Counted from the first letter of the stretch, positions 42,119 to 52,336 are shown. The stretch: DNA of 64,000 bases from Candidatus Izemoplasma sp. (GCA_018402725.1 JAGYII010000005.1:11308-75307); one strand, 5' to 3'. Numbers and translations: made by a program. The notes: generated from the sequence alone by a model not told the origin.

Positions 42119-43495
42119 ATGGATATAAGAGATTTATTTAAAGATTGGACAGCCCTAATCGACCAAGAAGTCAGCATCGAAGGATGGGTGAGAAATCACC
42201 GTGATCAAAAGTCTTTTGGGTTTTTAATGGTCAATGATGGGACCGATTTTCGGACGATTCAAGTTGTGTATGAAGAATCAATTCCCAATTTTTCTGACAT
42301 TCAAAAAGTCAGAGTGGGTGCTGCGATTATGGTTCAAGGGGTGATGGTAAAGACACCTCAAAATGCGCAGCCTTTTGAAATCAAGGCAAGAAGCATTACG
42401 GAAGTAGGCTCGTCGCCAGAAGATTATCCGATACAACCCAAACGTCATACCCGTGAATTTTTAAGAACGGTGCCTCATTTAAGACTTAGAACGAATCTAT
42501 TTACAGCCCTATTTAAAGTAAGAAGTATTCTTCACCATTCGATTCACTCCTTCTTCGAAAGCCAAGGCTTTGTTCATGTCGCTGCACCAATCATCACTTC
42601 ATCGGATGCCGAAGGAGCTGGTGAGTTATTTCAAGTCACAACCCTGCCTTTAGATAAGCTTCCTAAAAAAGACGGAGAGATTGATTATAGTGAGGATTTC
42701 TTTGGGAACTTAACGCATTTAACTGTTTCCGGACAGCTTCAAGCCGAAATTTTTGCGCAAAACTTTAAAAGAGGATACACCTTTGGGCCAACATTTAGAG
42801 CCGAGAATTCAAACACAAAGACACACGCCTCTGAGTTTTGGATGGTTGAACCCGAAATGGCCTTTTCTGATCTAAATACGATTATCGAAGTGTCTAAAAA
42901 TATGGTTCAATTTTTAATCAAAGACGTTTTGGAAAAAGCCCCTGTAGAAATGGCCTTCTTTGATGAATTTGTGGAAAAAGGTCTTTTAGATAAATTAAAC
43001 AAAGTCTTGACCTCTCCATTTGCAGTCATGACTCACAAAGAAGCGATTGATACCTTGTTAAAGAGTGGTAAAAAGTTTGAAATTTTACCGGCTCAAGGTA
43101 AAGATTTAGCCACTGAGCATGAAAAAGCTCTGGTCGAGATTCAAGATGGCCCGGTCTATGTGATTGATTGGCCGGAAGAAATTAAAGCCTTTTATATGCG
43201 ACTTAACGATGATCAAAAAACCGTTGCGGCGATGGATCTACTTGTTCCTGGAGCCGGAGAACTCATCGGAGGTTCCCAACGTGAAGAACGTCCTGATTTG
43301 TTAGAAAAAAGAATGAAGGCATTTGGAATTGATCCTAAAAGTTTACAGTGGTATCTAGATTTAAGAAAATACGGATCAACCCCCCATGCCGGCTTTGGGC
43401 TTGGTTTTGACCGGATGTTAATATACTTAACAGGCGTTGAAAACATTAGAGATGTCATTCCTTTCCCAAGAACCCCTAAAAATTGTCAATTTTAA
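42119..43495 (+). CDS. asnS: Asparaginyl-tRNA synthetase.
   Basis: A 458 aa class IIb aaRS with an N-terminal OB anticodon-binding domain. Its size and motifs fit AsnRS better than AspRS. Confidence 0.85.
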   Translation: MDIRDLFKDWTALIDQEVSIEGWVRNHRDQKSFGFLMVNDGTDFRTIQVVYEESIPNFSDIQKVRVGAAIMVQGVMVKTPQNAQPFEIKARSITEVGSSPEDYPIQPKRHTREFLRTVPHLRLRTNLFTALFKVRSILHHSIHSFFESQGFVHVAAPIITSSDAEGAGELFQVTTLPLDKLPKKDGEIDYSEDFFGNLTHLTVSGQLQAEIFAQNFKRGYTFGPTFRAENSNTKTHASEFWMVEPEMAFSDLNTIIEVSKNMVQFLIKDVLEKAPVEMAFFDEFVEKGLLDKLNKVLTSPFAVMTHKEAIDTLLKSGKKFEILPAQGKDLATEHEKALVEIQDGPVYVIDWPEEIKAFYMRLNDDQKTVAAMDLLVPGAGELIGGSQREERPDLLEKRMKAFGIDPKSLQWYLDLRKYGSTPHAGFGLGFDRMLIYLTGVENIRDVIPFPRTPKNCQF

Positions 43496-43512
43496 TCTAA
43501 GATAGGAGCACC

Positions 43513-44847
43513 ATGAAACATCGTAAAACGCTTTTTCAACTGACTTGGCCCACCTATATTGAGTTTTCATTCTTGATGTTGATGATGATTACAGATACGG
43601 TCATGCTTTCTCAATATAGTGACGCATCTGTAGCGGCTGTAGGCAATGCTAATCGCATTGTCTTTTTACTGACCGTTGTGGTCAACATCATTGCGATTGG
43701 GGTTGGAGTGGTCGTCAGTCAGTATATTGGAGCTAAAAAAGACGCTGACAGCCAAAAAGCCCTATTTGCAGGGTTAGTGGGAGGTCTTTTTACATCCTTA
43801 ATCATGGCCCTTCTCCTTCAAGCTGGTGCGAATTTACTTTTAGGTTGGATAAATACACCTCTACTCATCTATCAAGACGCCCTTAGTTACTTAAGAATAG
43901 TCGGGATGGGCATTGTTTTTGTGTCCTTATCGCAAACCTCAGGGGCTGGATTTCGAAGTTTTGGGTTTCCAAAAAGGGTGATGATTGCAGGAGCGCTTGG
44001 GAATATTTTAAACATTGTTTTAAACTTCTTCTTAATTTTTGGAGTTTGGATTTCTCCAGAACTTGGGGTCACCGGCGCCGCCATTGCGACCTTAACGGCC
44101 CGTATTTTTACAGCATCCCTCTTGTTTTTTAACCTATTAAAAGAAAAGATCATCGCGATTCGGATGACCTTAAAAGAACTCATTTATTATTTAAAAGATA
44201 TCTTTAAAATTGGGTTTCCAAGTGCTTTAGAACAGTTTATTTATCAAGTCAGTGAGTTCTTTATCTTGATATTAGTGAATGGGATTGGGACCCTCGCTGT
44301 GACGACTCAAGTGTATGTCTTTAATTTGACCTTGCCGGTGTTGGTCTTCGCCGTCGCCTTATCCCAGGGCAATCAAGTCATTGTCGGTTGGCATATCGGG
44401 GCGTATGAAGACCAAGAAGCCTACCAAAGAACGATTCGAAGTATGTGGATTGGCATAATTACCGTCGTGATTATTTCCACCACCGTGTATCTCAATGCGC
44501 AGTGGATATTAAGAATATTCACCTCAAATCCAGAGATTATTCAAACCGGTAAGAATGTCTTACTTGTCTTTATCTTCTTAGAAATGGGTCGTTTATCAAA
44601 TATCATGGTCATTCAGGCTTTGAGGGCGACTGGAGATGTAAAATACCCGGTGTACGCCGCTTTGATTTCCATGTTTGGAATCAAAGTGCCCCTTGCTTAT
44701 TACCTTGTCATGGTTCAAGACTTAGGACTCGTCGGGGTCTTTATTGCCATTGCCATTGATGAAATCTTCAGAGGATTTTTTGTTTATATCCGCTGGACTA
44801 AAAAACCATGGCTTAAACAACAAAGAATCGTTGAAAAAAGTATTTAA
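43513..44847 (+). CDS. MATE-family efflux transporter.
   Basis: A 444 aa ORF with 12 TM segments and MATE similarity. It is co-transcribed with asnS, since there is no intervening terminator. Confidence 0.8.
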   Translation: MKHRKTLFQLTWPTYIEFSFLMLMMITDTVMLSQYSDASVAAVGNANRIVFLLTVVVNIIAIGVGVVVSQYIGAKKDADSQKALFAGLVGGLFTSLIMALLLQAGANLLLGWINTPLLIYQDALSYLRIVGMGIVFVSLSQTSGAGFRSFGFPKRVMIAGALGNILNIVLNFFLIFGVWISPELGVTGAAIATLTARIFTASLLFFNLLKEKIIAIRMTLKELIYYLKDIFKIGFPSALEQFIYQVSEFFILILVNGIGTLAVTTQVYVFNLTLPVLVFAVALSQGNQVIVGWHIGAYEDQEAYQRTIRSMWIGIITVVIISTTVYLNAQWILRIFTSNPEIIQTGKNVLLVFIFLEMGRLSNIMVIQALRATGDVKYPVYAALISMFGIKVPLAYYLVMVQDLGLVGVFIAIAIDEIFRGFFVYIRWTKKPWLKQQRIVEKSI

Positions 44848-44848
44848 A

Positions 44849-44880
44849 AAGGTAGGACCGAGGCCCTACCTTTTTTTATT
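44849..44880. terminator. Bidirectional terminator (GGTAGG-ACCGAGGC-CCTACC flanked by A and T runs).
   Basis: A hairpin lying between the convergent MATE and SPFH genes. Confidence 0.65.
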
Positions 44881-45836
44881 TATTCAGAATCAGGGGTGGA
44901 ATCTTTTTTAGCCTTAGGTTTAGCTGCTGCATTAGAGGCTGGGCTTAACGCTTCAGCAATGGCAGAGGCCATTCCAATGACACCTTGTAAATCTGATGGA
45001 ATGATGAGTTTTGTCGCATTTCCGTCCGCCACAAGGGCAAGCGCTTTATAGGCTTCTAAACGTAAGAATGCTTCATCTGCTTTCGCATTTTTAATGAACT
45101 CAATCCCTTGAGCAGTGGCTTGTTGAACTTTTAAAATGGCTTCAGCTTGACCTTGAGCTTCTAAGATTCTAGTTTGACGCTCTCCGTCTGCTCTTAAAAT
45201 TCTTGATTCTTTTTCCCCTTCAGCATTTAAAATCGCTGAACGTTTGTTTCCTTCGGCAATTAAGATCGCTTGACGTTTTTCACGTTCAGCTCTCATTTGT
45301 TTTTCCATGGCTTCACGGATATCTTTGGGAGGGATGATGTTTTTAACTTCAACCCGGTTAATCTTAATGCCCCATGGATCGGTGGCTTCATCTAAGATAC
45401 CCCGCATTTTTTCATTAATGATATCTCTTGAAGTTAAGGATTCATCAAGTTCTAAATCCCCGATAATATTACGTAACGTCGTCGATGTTAAGTTTTCGAT
45501 GGCCTTAATAGGTTCATTGACCCCGTAGGTATAAAGCTTAGGGTCAGTGATTTGGAAGAAGACGACCGTATCAATTTGCATAGTGACGTTATCTTTAGTA
45601 ATAACGGGTTGTGGATCAAAATCGACGACTTGTTCTTTGATTGAAACCCGGCTTTTCGTCCGGTCGATGAACGGAACTAAGAAGTGAAGTCCGACGTCCC
45701 AAGTTTGGAAATAACCCCCTAAACGTTCAATCACAAAGCGGTTAGCCTGGGTGACGATAGAGAAGCGTGTTGCAAGGTAACCAAGTACAACTAGTACGAT
45801 GACAATAAGTAAAATTAAACCGAATCCAAAATCCAT
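44880..45836 (-). CDS. SPFH/band-7 domain protein (stomatin/flotillin-like).
   Basis: A 318 aa ORF with an N-terminal TM anchor, an SPFH domain and a C-terminal coiled-coil Ala/Glu-rich region. Confidence 0.85.
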   Translation of the reverse strand: MDFGFGLILLIVIVLVVLGYLATRFSIVTQANRFVIERLGGYFQTWDVGLHFLVPFIDRTKSRVSIKEQVVDFDPQPVITKDNVTMQIDTVVFFQITDPKLYTYGVNEPIKAIENLTSTTLRNIIGDLELDESLTSRDIINEKMRGILDEATDPWGIKINRVEVKNIIPPKDIREAMEKQMRAEREKRQAILIAEGNKRSAILNAEGEKESRILRADGERQTRILEAQGQAEAILKVQQATAQGIEFIKNAKADEAFLRLEAYKALALVADGNATKLIIPSDLQGVIGMASAIAEALSPASNAAAKPKAKKDSTPDSE

Positions 45837-45846
45837 AATGTTCCTC

Positions 45847-46455
45847 CTAAATGGGATATAGTGTATCTTCGTTTATAATGCGCGATTTTGTGATGTAATC
45901 ACGAATCGTTTTGCGTTGAGATGTAAAGGCGATGAGGATAAAATCTAAGAAGATACCAAAACCAAAGGTGAATATCCAGTATAACCCTTTCCAGAAGACT
46001 TCTCTAAAAAGTAAGTTCCACCAAGTGACACGCCCTGTAATTTTGATTTTCAAAGTTTTGCGGCCAATCGTGTAGCCTTTAAATAATAGTTGGTAGAAGT
46101 AATTGACCGTCAAGTATGTGGAAACAAAATAAACGACGCTTAGTAATATATATTCAACAAAAACTTGAGTTTCAGCTTCATAGTTATCGTTATAAAATTG
46201 ATCAATTTCGATGATTCCGTTTTGGTACTGTGTTTCGCTAATCAATCCAGCATCTCTTTCATCCATCAGAGCTAAAACTTGATTCGTCCGTTCAACTTGG
46301 AGATCTAAGAAATCTTGGTAAAGAGGATTGAAGTTTTCAACTTGAGATTGGATGATGTTCTGGGCAAAGACACGGTGAACCAAAGTGATTATTGCTACAA
46401 CGATGATGGTATCGATGATAAAACTGCCTAGTCGTTTTAAGACGGATGCACTCAT
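45847..46455 (-). CDS. RDD-family-like membrane protein.
   Basis: A 202 aa ORF with 3 TM segments. Its N-terminal RLGSFIIDTII resembles the RDD motif. Confidence 0.45.
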   Translation of the reverse strand: MSASVLKRLGSFIIDTIIVVAIITLVHRVFAQNIIQSQVENFNPLYQDFLDLQVERTNQVLALMDERDAGLISETQYQNGIIEIDQFYNDNYEAETQVFVEYILLSVVYFVSTYLTVNYFYQLLFKGYTIGRKTLKIKITGRVTWWNLLFREVFWKGLYWIFTFGFGIFLDFILIAFTSQRKTIRDYITKSRIINEDTLYPI

Positions 46456-46895
46456 ACTAATTTAACGATGAGTTTAACCCCTTCAATGGCTAAAACTTCA
46501 ACCGTAGCATCTTTATTAATAGCACTACCATCTTGAGTAATGGCGGTCCAAATAGCACCGTTGATTTTTACTTCACCGCGGCCTCCTGTTTCGATATCTT
46601 TAATACAAATCGCCTTTTTACCTACAAGCCGATCTGCGTTGGTGGATATGATATTTGTTTGGAAGTATCGTTTAGCAATGGGCCTAACACTAAGTAATAG
46701 ACCAATACTAATAGCGATGAAGACTAAAAATTGAACGGGAATTGAAACGCCAAAGATGGCGAGAATGAAAGCCACTAAAGCTGAGATCGCAAACCAAATA
46801 CTCGTTAAGTCCATGGTCAAGGTCTCAACCACGGCCGCAACAACCACAATTAAAAACCACAAAATAATAAATGCTAAGCTAATATCAATTACCAT
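46452..46895 (-). CDS. NfeD-like membrane protein with a C-terminal OB-fold (the SPFH partner).
   Basis: Two TM segments plus a beta-rich C-terminus, in the typical NfeD-SPFH operon context. The start was moved to an internal Met to avoid overlap with the upstream gene. Confidence 0.7.
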   Translation of the reverse strand: MVIDISLAFIILWFLIVVVAAVVETLTMDLTSIWFAISALVAFILAIFGVSIPVQFLVFIAISIGLLLSVRPIAKRYFQTNIISTNADRLVGKKAICIKDIETGGRGEVKINGAIWTAITQDGSAINKDATVEVLAIEGVKLIVKLV

Positions 46896-47277
46896 TTCTA
46901 GCCTCCTCAGGACGGTTAAAATCAACAATCAGCGCTTTTTCAGACTCTGACCATTCACAAAAGTATTTAAACATTTTTTGATGTTCAAAATCTAAACCTA
47001 AAAAAGCTGCAAGATCATTCATGAAAATTTTATTGCTCACCCGTGAGTAACTTGAACGAACACTAATTCGGTAAAGTTTTTCCCGAGGGATGTCGCCCCG
47101 TTCAAATTCTGTTTTGTTGAGGGGACGAATTGCTAAACGACGACCCACCTCATCTAACCCAAGCATAACAGAATACGCGGAATTAAATTGGACACTCGCC
47201 CCTTTATTTAAAGTAATATTTGAATCGTATAGTGTGACGAGTTTTGAACCTTGGTCTTTGTTGACCCATTTAAACAT
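46885..47277 (-). CDS. Hypothetical protein (130 aa), first gene of the SPFH/NfeD operon.
   Basis: An ORF with no recognisable motif. It is co-directional with, and separated by no more than 10 nt from, the NfeD gene. Confidence 0.45.
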   Translation of the reverse strand: MFKWVNKDQGSKLVTLYDSNITLNKGASVQFNSAYSVMLGLDEVGRRLAIRPLNKTEFERGDIPREKLYRISVRSSYSRVSNKIFMNDLAAFLGLDFEHQKMFKYFCEWSESEKALIVDFNRPEEARNGN

Positions 47278-47347
47278 AGTTTCACCTCATCATTATTATA
47301 CCACTAATTATTTTTAATTCAAAAAAATTATTTTTAATTATTTTTAA

Positions 47348-48700
47348 TTATTTACCCAAACAGAATTGAGAGAATAAAGCATCAATAAGGGCTGTATCTG
47401 AAGTTTCTCCGATGATTTCACCGAGTGTTTCCCAGGCTCCTTTAATATCCATTTCAATCATGTCTACGGGAAAGGCTTGCTGGGCTGTTTCTAAGGCTTG
47501 ATTAATTTTAGTTAAGGCCTCATTGAGTTTTTGAACGTGCCGTGGATTAGATAGATAAAGATTTTGGTCGATTTTGATCATCCCATCTAAATAACGGGTA
47601 TGAATACTTTTTTCTAAGACATCAAGATTGGTTTTCTTTAAGACACTCATTGGAATAGCGTCTTCAAAAGGTTGACCCAGACGATTCGGCAGGTCATCTT
47701 TATTAAGGATGATGATGCGCTCTTTTTTTTCAGTGAGTGCTAAAAGGTCCTTATCCATAGACGTTAAAGGTTCAGACTGATCAAGAACTAATAAAACCAG
47801 TTCAGCTTCTTGGATGGCCTTTTTACTTTTTTCAATCCCAATTTTTTCAATAAAATCAGAGGTTTCCCTGATTCCTGCGGTATCAATTAAGTGAAGGGTA
47901 ATCCCGCCAATGTTGATAAATCCTTCAACGATGTCTCGAGTGGTTCCTTGTACTTCGGTCACAATGGCTTTTTCTTCGTTAATCAAAGCATTGAGTAAAC
48001 TTGATTTACCAACATTTGGACGTCCTACAATCGCTGTTTTAATTCCACTTCGAATGATTTGCCCATAGACGGCTTTATCCAGTATTTTTTCAATCTCTTG
48101 TTTTACTTTTGTCGCTTGTGGAATTAAAAATGAATGGGTCAATTCGGCTACATCATCATATTCAGGATAATCAATATTCACTTCAATTTGAGCAATGAGT
48201 TGAAGAAGATCATGCCTTAAATTTTCAATGAATGAACGAATTTTTCCACTTAAACCTTGGGTGGCTAATTTCAAAGACAATTCACTTCTAGATTCAATCA
48301 TATCCAAGACGCTTTCAGCTTCAGTTAAATCGATCCGGCCATTTAAAAAAGCACGTTCGGTAAATTCACCATTTTCCGCAGGTCGAGCGCCATTATTCAA
48401 ACATAAAGATAAAACTTTTTGAGCAATGTAATGCCCCCCGTGCGTATTAATTTCAACCATATCTTCTTTAGTGAATGTATTAGGGGCTTTAAAAAAACTG
48501 ACTAATACTTCATCAATAAGTTGGTCATCTTCATAAATTTTTCCGTACCGGATCGTATGAGATTTAAAAGGTCTTAAATTACTCGGTTTAAAAAATTTAT
48601 TTAGAATTTTTAAAGCCTCTTCACCACTCATCCGGACAATACTTATGGCCCCAATTCCAGGGGCTGTCGAGATGGCTGCAATGGTATCATTTTGCATCAT
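47348..48700 (-). CDS. mnmE: tRNA modification GTPase MnmE.
   Basis: An N-terminal THF-binding domain (AISTAPGIGAISIVRMSG), a G-domain (GRPNVGKSSLLN) and a C-terminal CLGK. The start is probably MMQNDTIA, though the ORF track extends to 48739. Confidence 0.92.
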   Translation of the reverse strand: MMQNDTIAAISTAPGIGAISIVRMSGEEALKILNKFFKPSNLRPFKSHTIRYGKIYEDDQLIDEVLVSFFKAPNTFTKEDMVEINTHGGHYIAQKVLSLCLNNGARPAENGEFTERAFLNGRIDLTEAESVLDMIESRSELSLKLATQGLSGKIRSFIENLRHDLLQLIAQIEVNIDYPEYDDVAELTHSFLIPQATKVKQEIEKILDKAVYGQIIRSGIKTAIVGRPNVGKSSLLNALINEEKAIVTEVQGTTRDIVEGFINIGGITLHLIDTAGIRETSDFIEKIGIEKSKKAIQEAELVLLVLDQSEPLTSMDKDLLALTEKKERIIILNKDDLPNRLGQPFEDAIPMSVLKKTNLDVLEKSIHTRYLDGMIKIDQNLYLSNPRHVQKLNEALTKINQALETAQQAFPVDMIEMDIKGAWETLGEIIGETSDTALIDALFSQFCLGK

Positions 48701-48765
48701 TATCACCTTATTCAGTATACCATAGGAGGCTTTTTTCATGGTATAATGTCACGTAGGAGACTCAA

Positions 48766-49254
48766 ATGGAAAAAGCAAGTTTAAAACGACAATTTATCTA
48801 TTATTTTGGAACCTTTATTATTGTGTTACTGGTAGTGATTGGGATTGCAATTTATAATCAAATAACGGTTGAAACTCCGTTCTTAGAATCCATGCAGCGG
48901 CTATGGTTTATGCCCATCTTAATTTTAGGCTTGCAGTTTGCCTATGAGTCTATTTTGGGGGCCCTAAGTAAAAAAGCAATGCCTAATAAAAGTGAAGAGG
49001 GCTACGTTCAACACATTTCCATGGTGGCTCGTCAACTGCTCAATTTAACCATGTCAGACTTTGAAGTTTTAAAAGATAATCAGGTTTTCCAACTTGCTTT
49101 AAGTGAAGCCTACCAACGATATAAAGCTAAAAATAAAAAAGAGTCAGACTACCAACTTTTCCTCGAATGGTTTGAAGAGGATACCCTTGAACACAACGTG
49201 GTCGAATTAACCATTAAAGAGACGTTATTTTTAATTAATAAAGAAGCAGAATAG
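48766..49254 (+). CDS. Hypothetical membrane-anchored protein (162 aa).
   Basis: An ORF with 2 N-terminal TM segments and a charged C-terminal domain. No family was recognised. Confidence 0.4.
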   Translation: MEKASLKRQFIYYFGTFIIVLLVVIGIAIYNQITVETPFLESMQRLWFMPILILGLQFAYESILGALSKKAMPNKSEEGYVQHISMVARQLLNLTMSDFEVLKDNQVFQLALSEAYQRYKAKNKKESDYQLFLEWFEEDTLEHNVVELTIKETLFLINKEAE

Positions 49255-49265
49255 AGAGGGTTTTT

Positions 49266-51257
49266 GTGAGCTATACGGCGCTTTACCGTAAATACCGTCC
49301 CTCTGATTTTAAAGAGGTAGCGGGCCAACAACATATTACGCAGACCTTTCAAAATGCGTTAAAACTCGATAAGCTTTCTCACGCTTATCTTTTTAGCGGT
49401 CCTCGAGGAACGGGAAAAACCAGTATTGCCAAAATCATTGCAAAAGCTGTCAACTGTGAAAAAGCTCCGACTGATAATCCCTGTAATGTATGTGAGATTT
49501 GTTTAGGCATTCAAAATAACACGATTAACGATGTTATCGAAATCGATGCGGCCAGTAATAATGGGGTCGATGAAATCCGTGAACTAAGAGACAAGGTTAA
49601 ATATCTTCCCTCTTTAGGACGTTATAAAGTGTATATCATTGACGAGGTCCACATGCTTTCAATTGGGGCCTTCAATGCCCTCCTTAAAACCTTAGAAGAA
49701 CCCCCTAAACATGTCATCTTTATTTTGGCTACCACCGAACCTCATAAAATTCCGGCAACAATTCATTCAAGATGTCAGCGTTTTGATTTCAGGGGTGTCA
49801 CGGAAAAAGAAATCAAAGGTCGTTTAGAGGAAATTGTCTCGCAAGAATCGATTCAAATTGAACCTGCCGCCTTGGATGTTATTACTCGTTCTGTAGATGG
49901 TGGAATGCGCGATGCAGTGAGTTTACTTGATCAAGCGTTAGCGTTCTCTGAAGGAGAAATCAAAGCCGCAGATGTTCATGCTATTCGGGGATCTGTTCAG
50001 GTGGAAGATATTTTCAACATGGCCATCGCTCTTCATGAAAATAACGTTCCCCTTGCTTTAGACCGTTTAGACACTCTTCTTGCTGAGGGAAAAGAAGCAA
50101 GAAGAATTGTGGATGATTTAATCATGTTTTATCGGGATGTCATGATTGACATCAATATCGATGCGATTCAAAGCCATCCTTTGCGGGATTTTGAGGCATA
50201 CCAAACGTGGTTAAAAACACAGACAAATCATGATATATTTTATGTCATTGATCTCCTTCATGAAGCTAAAAATCAGATGCGTTTTACGACTAACCCAAAA
50301 ATCGTAATCGAACTTTTGTTTATGAAATGGGGCGACCAAGTTCGTAAAGAACCGATGACTTTAATGAAAAAACAATCCGTGATGGAAAACGAGATTCAGC
50401 AGTTAAAAAAACAACTTGAAAATCTTTTAGATCGCCCTCTTGTTAAACCCAAATTCAGCGAAGAAGATAAACCTTTCACTCACGTAGAAGCCTTACCTGC
50501 AAGTGACTTAAGTCCGTCTGAAAAGAACGCCTTTAAACCGAAAGAAGAGCAGACTCCTTTTCCTTCTTTCGACAAACCACAGTTAGAAAAACCAGTTGAA
50601 TTTAAAGAAGAAATAATCACTCAAGAGCCGAAAGAATTTGAGCCTCAAGAGATTACGACTGATGAGATTCAACCAGAAGAAAAACCCCTTAAAAAAGAAG
50701 CTACGCAAGAACATCCTTTTAAAGATTTAGAAGACCGTTTCCTCAATAAAAAATATGGAACCTATGACATCAAGTTTGTAGAGGATGTTTTAAATACTGG
50801 GGGGCGTGAAGTTAGAATTGACATGGTCAAAAAGTGGTATGACATGGAAAGAACGAACTCGGGAGAATCATTAAAATACGCAAAACTTATTACCGAAGGA
50901 CAACTCGTCGCCACCAATGGAATCATGATCATTGTTACATATAAAACCGCCTCAACCTGCAACCGGATGATGAAGCCGGAAGTCTATGAAAAGATGGCTC
51001 AAGTCCTCAAAGATTTTTATCAACGTCCTATCCGTTTTTTAGCTCTTCCAGAAGAAACCTGGGAAATTATTTCTGATGAGTTTGTCAGACATTTCAGAGC
51101 CAAAAAAACCAATGATGAATGGATTACATTAAGTACAATTCAAAACACTAAACTAGTTAGTATCCCAGAGCGCGAAGAAACCTACGAAGACACCCGTTCT
51201 GGAGCCGAAAAAGAAGCAATTGATTTATTCGGTGAAGATATCGTCAAAATTAAGTAA
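49266..51257 (+). CDS. dnaX: DNA polymerase III subunits gamma/tau (GTG start).
   Basis: A 663 aa ORF with an AAA+ clamp-loader core (GPRGTGKTS, the SRC region DEVHML) and a Pro/Glu-rich linker. Confidence 0.93.
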   Translation: MSYTALYRKYRPSDFKEVAGQQHITQTFQNALKLDKLSHAYLFSGPRGTGKTSIAKIIAKAVNCEKAPTDNPCNVCEICLGIQNNTINDVIEIDAASNNGVDEIRELRDKVKYLPSLGRYKVYIIDEVHMLSIGAFNALLKTLEEPPKHVIFILATTEPHKIPATIHSRCQRFDFRGVTEKEIKGRLEEIVSQESIQIEPAALDVITRSVDGGMRDAVSLLDQALAFSEGEIKAADVHAIRGSVQVEDIFNMAIALHENNVPLALDRLDTLLAEGKEARRIVDDLIMFYRDVMIDINIDAIQSHPLRDFEAYQTWLKTQTNHDIFYVIDLLHEAKNQMRFTTNPKIVIELLFMKWGDQVRKEPMTLMKKQSVMENEIQQLKKQLENLLDRPLVKPKFSEEDKPFTHVEALPASDLSPSEKNAFKPKEEQTPFPSFDKPQLEKPVEFKEEIITQEPKEFEPQEITTDEIQPEEKPLKKEATQEHPFKDLEDRFLNKKYGTYDIKFVEDVLNTGGREVRIDMVKKWYDMERTNSGESLKYAKLITEGQLVATNGIMIIVTYKTASTCNRMMKPEVYEKMAQVLKDFYQRPIRFLALPEETWEIISDEFVRHFRAKKTNDEWITLSTIQNTKLVSIPEREETYEDTRSGAEKEAIDLFGEDIVKIK

Positions 51258-51263
51258 GAGGTT

Positions 51264-51581
51264 ATGATGAATTTAGCGATGATAAAAAAACTGGAACAAA
51301 TGCAAAAAGAAATGAAAGATGCTCAAGAACAATTGGAAGCATCTACCTTTTATGGTAAGTCTGGTGGAGGAGCAGTAGAAGTTGAATTCACCGGTGCTAA
51401 AAAGATGCAAAAAATTACGATAGATGAAGCCTCTTTTGACTTTCCAGGTGATCTAGATTTATTAAACGAAACCATTCTCGCAGCCGTCAATGATTGCATG
51501 CAAAAAATCGACGATGAAAACGATGAAAACCTCAAACAATTTTCCAATCAAATGGGCTCTTTTTCCGGGATACTAAAGTGA
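51264..51581 (+). CDS. ybaB: Nucleoid-associated protein YbaB/EbfC.
   Basis: A 105 aa ORF in the conserved position between dnaX and recR. Confidence 0.85.
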   Translation: MMNLAMIKKLEQMQKEMKDAQEQLEASTFYGKSGGGAVEVEFTGAKKMQKITIDEASFDFPGDLDLLNETILAAVNDCMQKIDDENDENLKQFSNQMGSFSGILK

Positions 51582-52177
51582 ACTACCCCAAAGCACTTGA
51601 AGCTTTAATTGAACATTTCAGAAAGTACCCGGGAGTTGGTCAAAAGACCGCTGAACGTTATGCTTTATTCACCTTAACGCATCGTGACCAAGTGGATGCA
51701 ATGGGATTTTCTGAAGCATTATCAAATCTTCACACATCAATTAAAACATGTGATTCGTGTGGATACTTTACGGAAAAAGAAACGTGTGATATTTGCGTCG
51801 ATTCAACGCGGAATCGTTCGCAAATTATGGTCGTTGAAGAAGCCAAAGATGTTTTAACCTTTGAAAAGGCTCATAGCTATCACGGGCTATATCACGTCTT
51901 AGGTGGGACCTTATCCCCTTCTGAAGGGATTGGACCAGAAGACCTGAATATTAAAAAATTAATTGAACGCTTGAAAGATAAAACCCATCAAGAACTTATT
52001 ATTGCAACGAATTTAAATGAAGCGGGTGAAACCACTGCTTTATATTTAAAGTATATTTTAAATGAGACAGGTATCTCACTAATGCGGATCGGGTATGGAC
52101 TTCCTGCGGGGGGAAATATTTCATACGCAGACGACATGACTTTGACTAAAGCTTTAGAGGGAAGAAGAAAGATGTAA
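51578..52177 (+). CDS. recR: Recombination protein RecR.
   Basis: A 199 aa ORF with a C4 zinc finger (CDSCGYF...CDIC) and a Toprim domain. Confidence 0.93.
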   Translation: MNYPKALEALIEHFRKYPGVGQKTAERYALFTLTHRDQVDAMGFSEALSNLHTSIKTCDSCGYFTEKETCDICVDSTRNRSQIMVVEEAKDVLTFEKAHSYHGLYHVLGGTLSPSEGIGPEDLNIKKLIERLKDKTHQELIIATNLNEAGETTALYLKYILNETGISLMRIGYGLPAGGNISYADDMTLTKALEGRRKM

Positions 52178-52336
52178 CTCTTACATTTTAGATGTAAAAA
52201 ATTTACATTTAGCCAAAAATCAAGTCATCAAGCGATGCACTGATTTTTGGTTAATTTTTTGAAGGATTTTTCCAAAAATTCAATGATTTTAAGTTATAAT
52301 ATAATGTTGATAAAGCAAGATTTAGGAGATAAAAAC

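Noticed and set aside
47281-47350. The AT-rich direct repeats as a possible CRISPR array or minisatellite.
   Set aside because: There are only 3 short (10-13 nt) copies with no unique spacers and no cas genes anywhere in the window.
48740-49265. SRP RNA (ffs/scr), which sits upstream of dnaX in Bacillus.
   Set aside because: No GGAAGCAGCCA-like domain IV motif in or around the interval. The space is occupied by a protein-coding ORF with an RBS.
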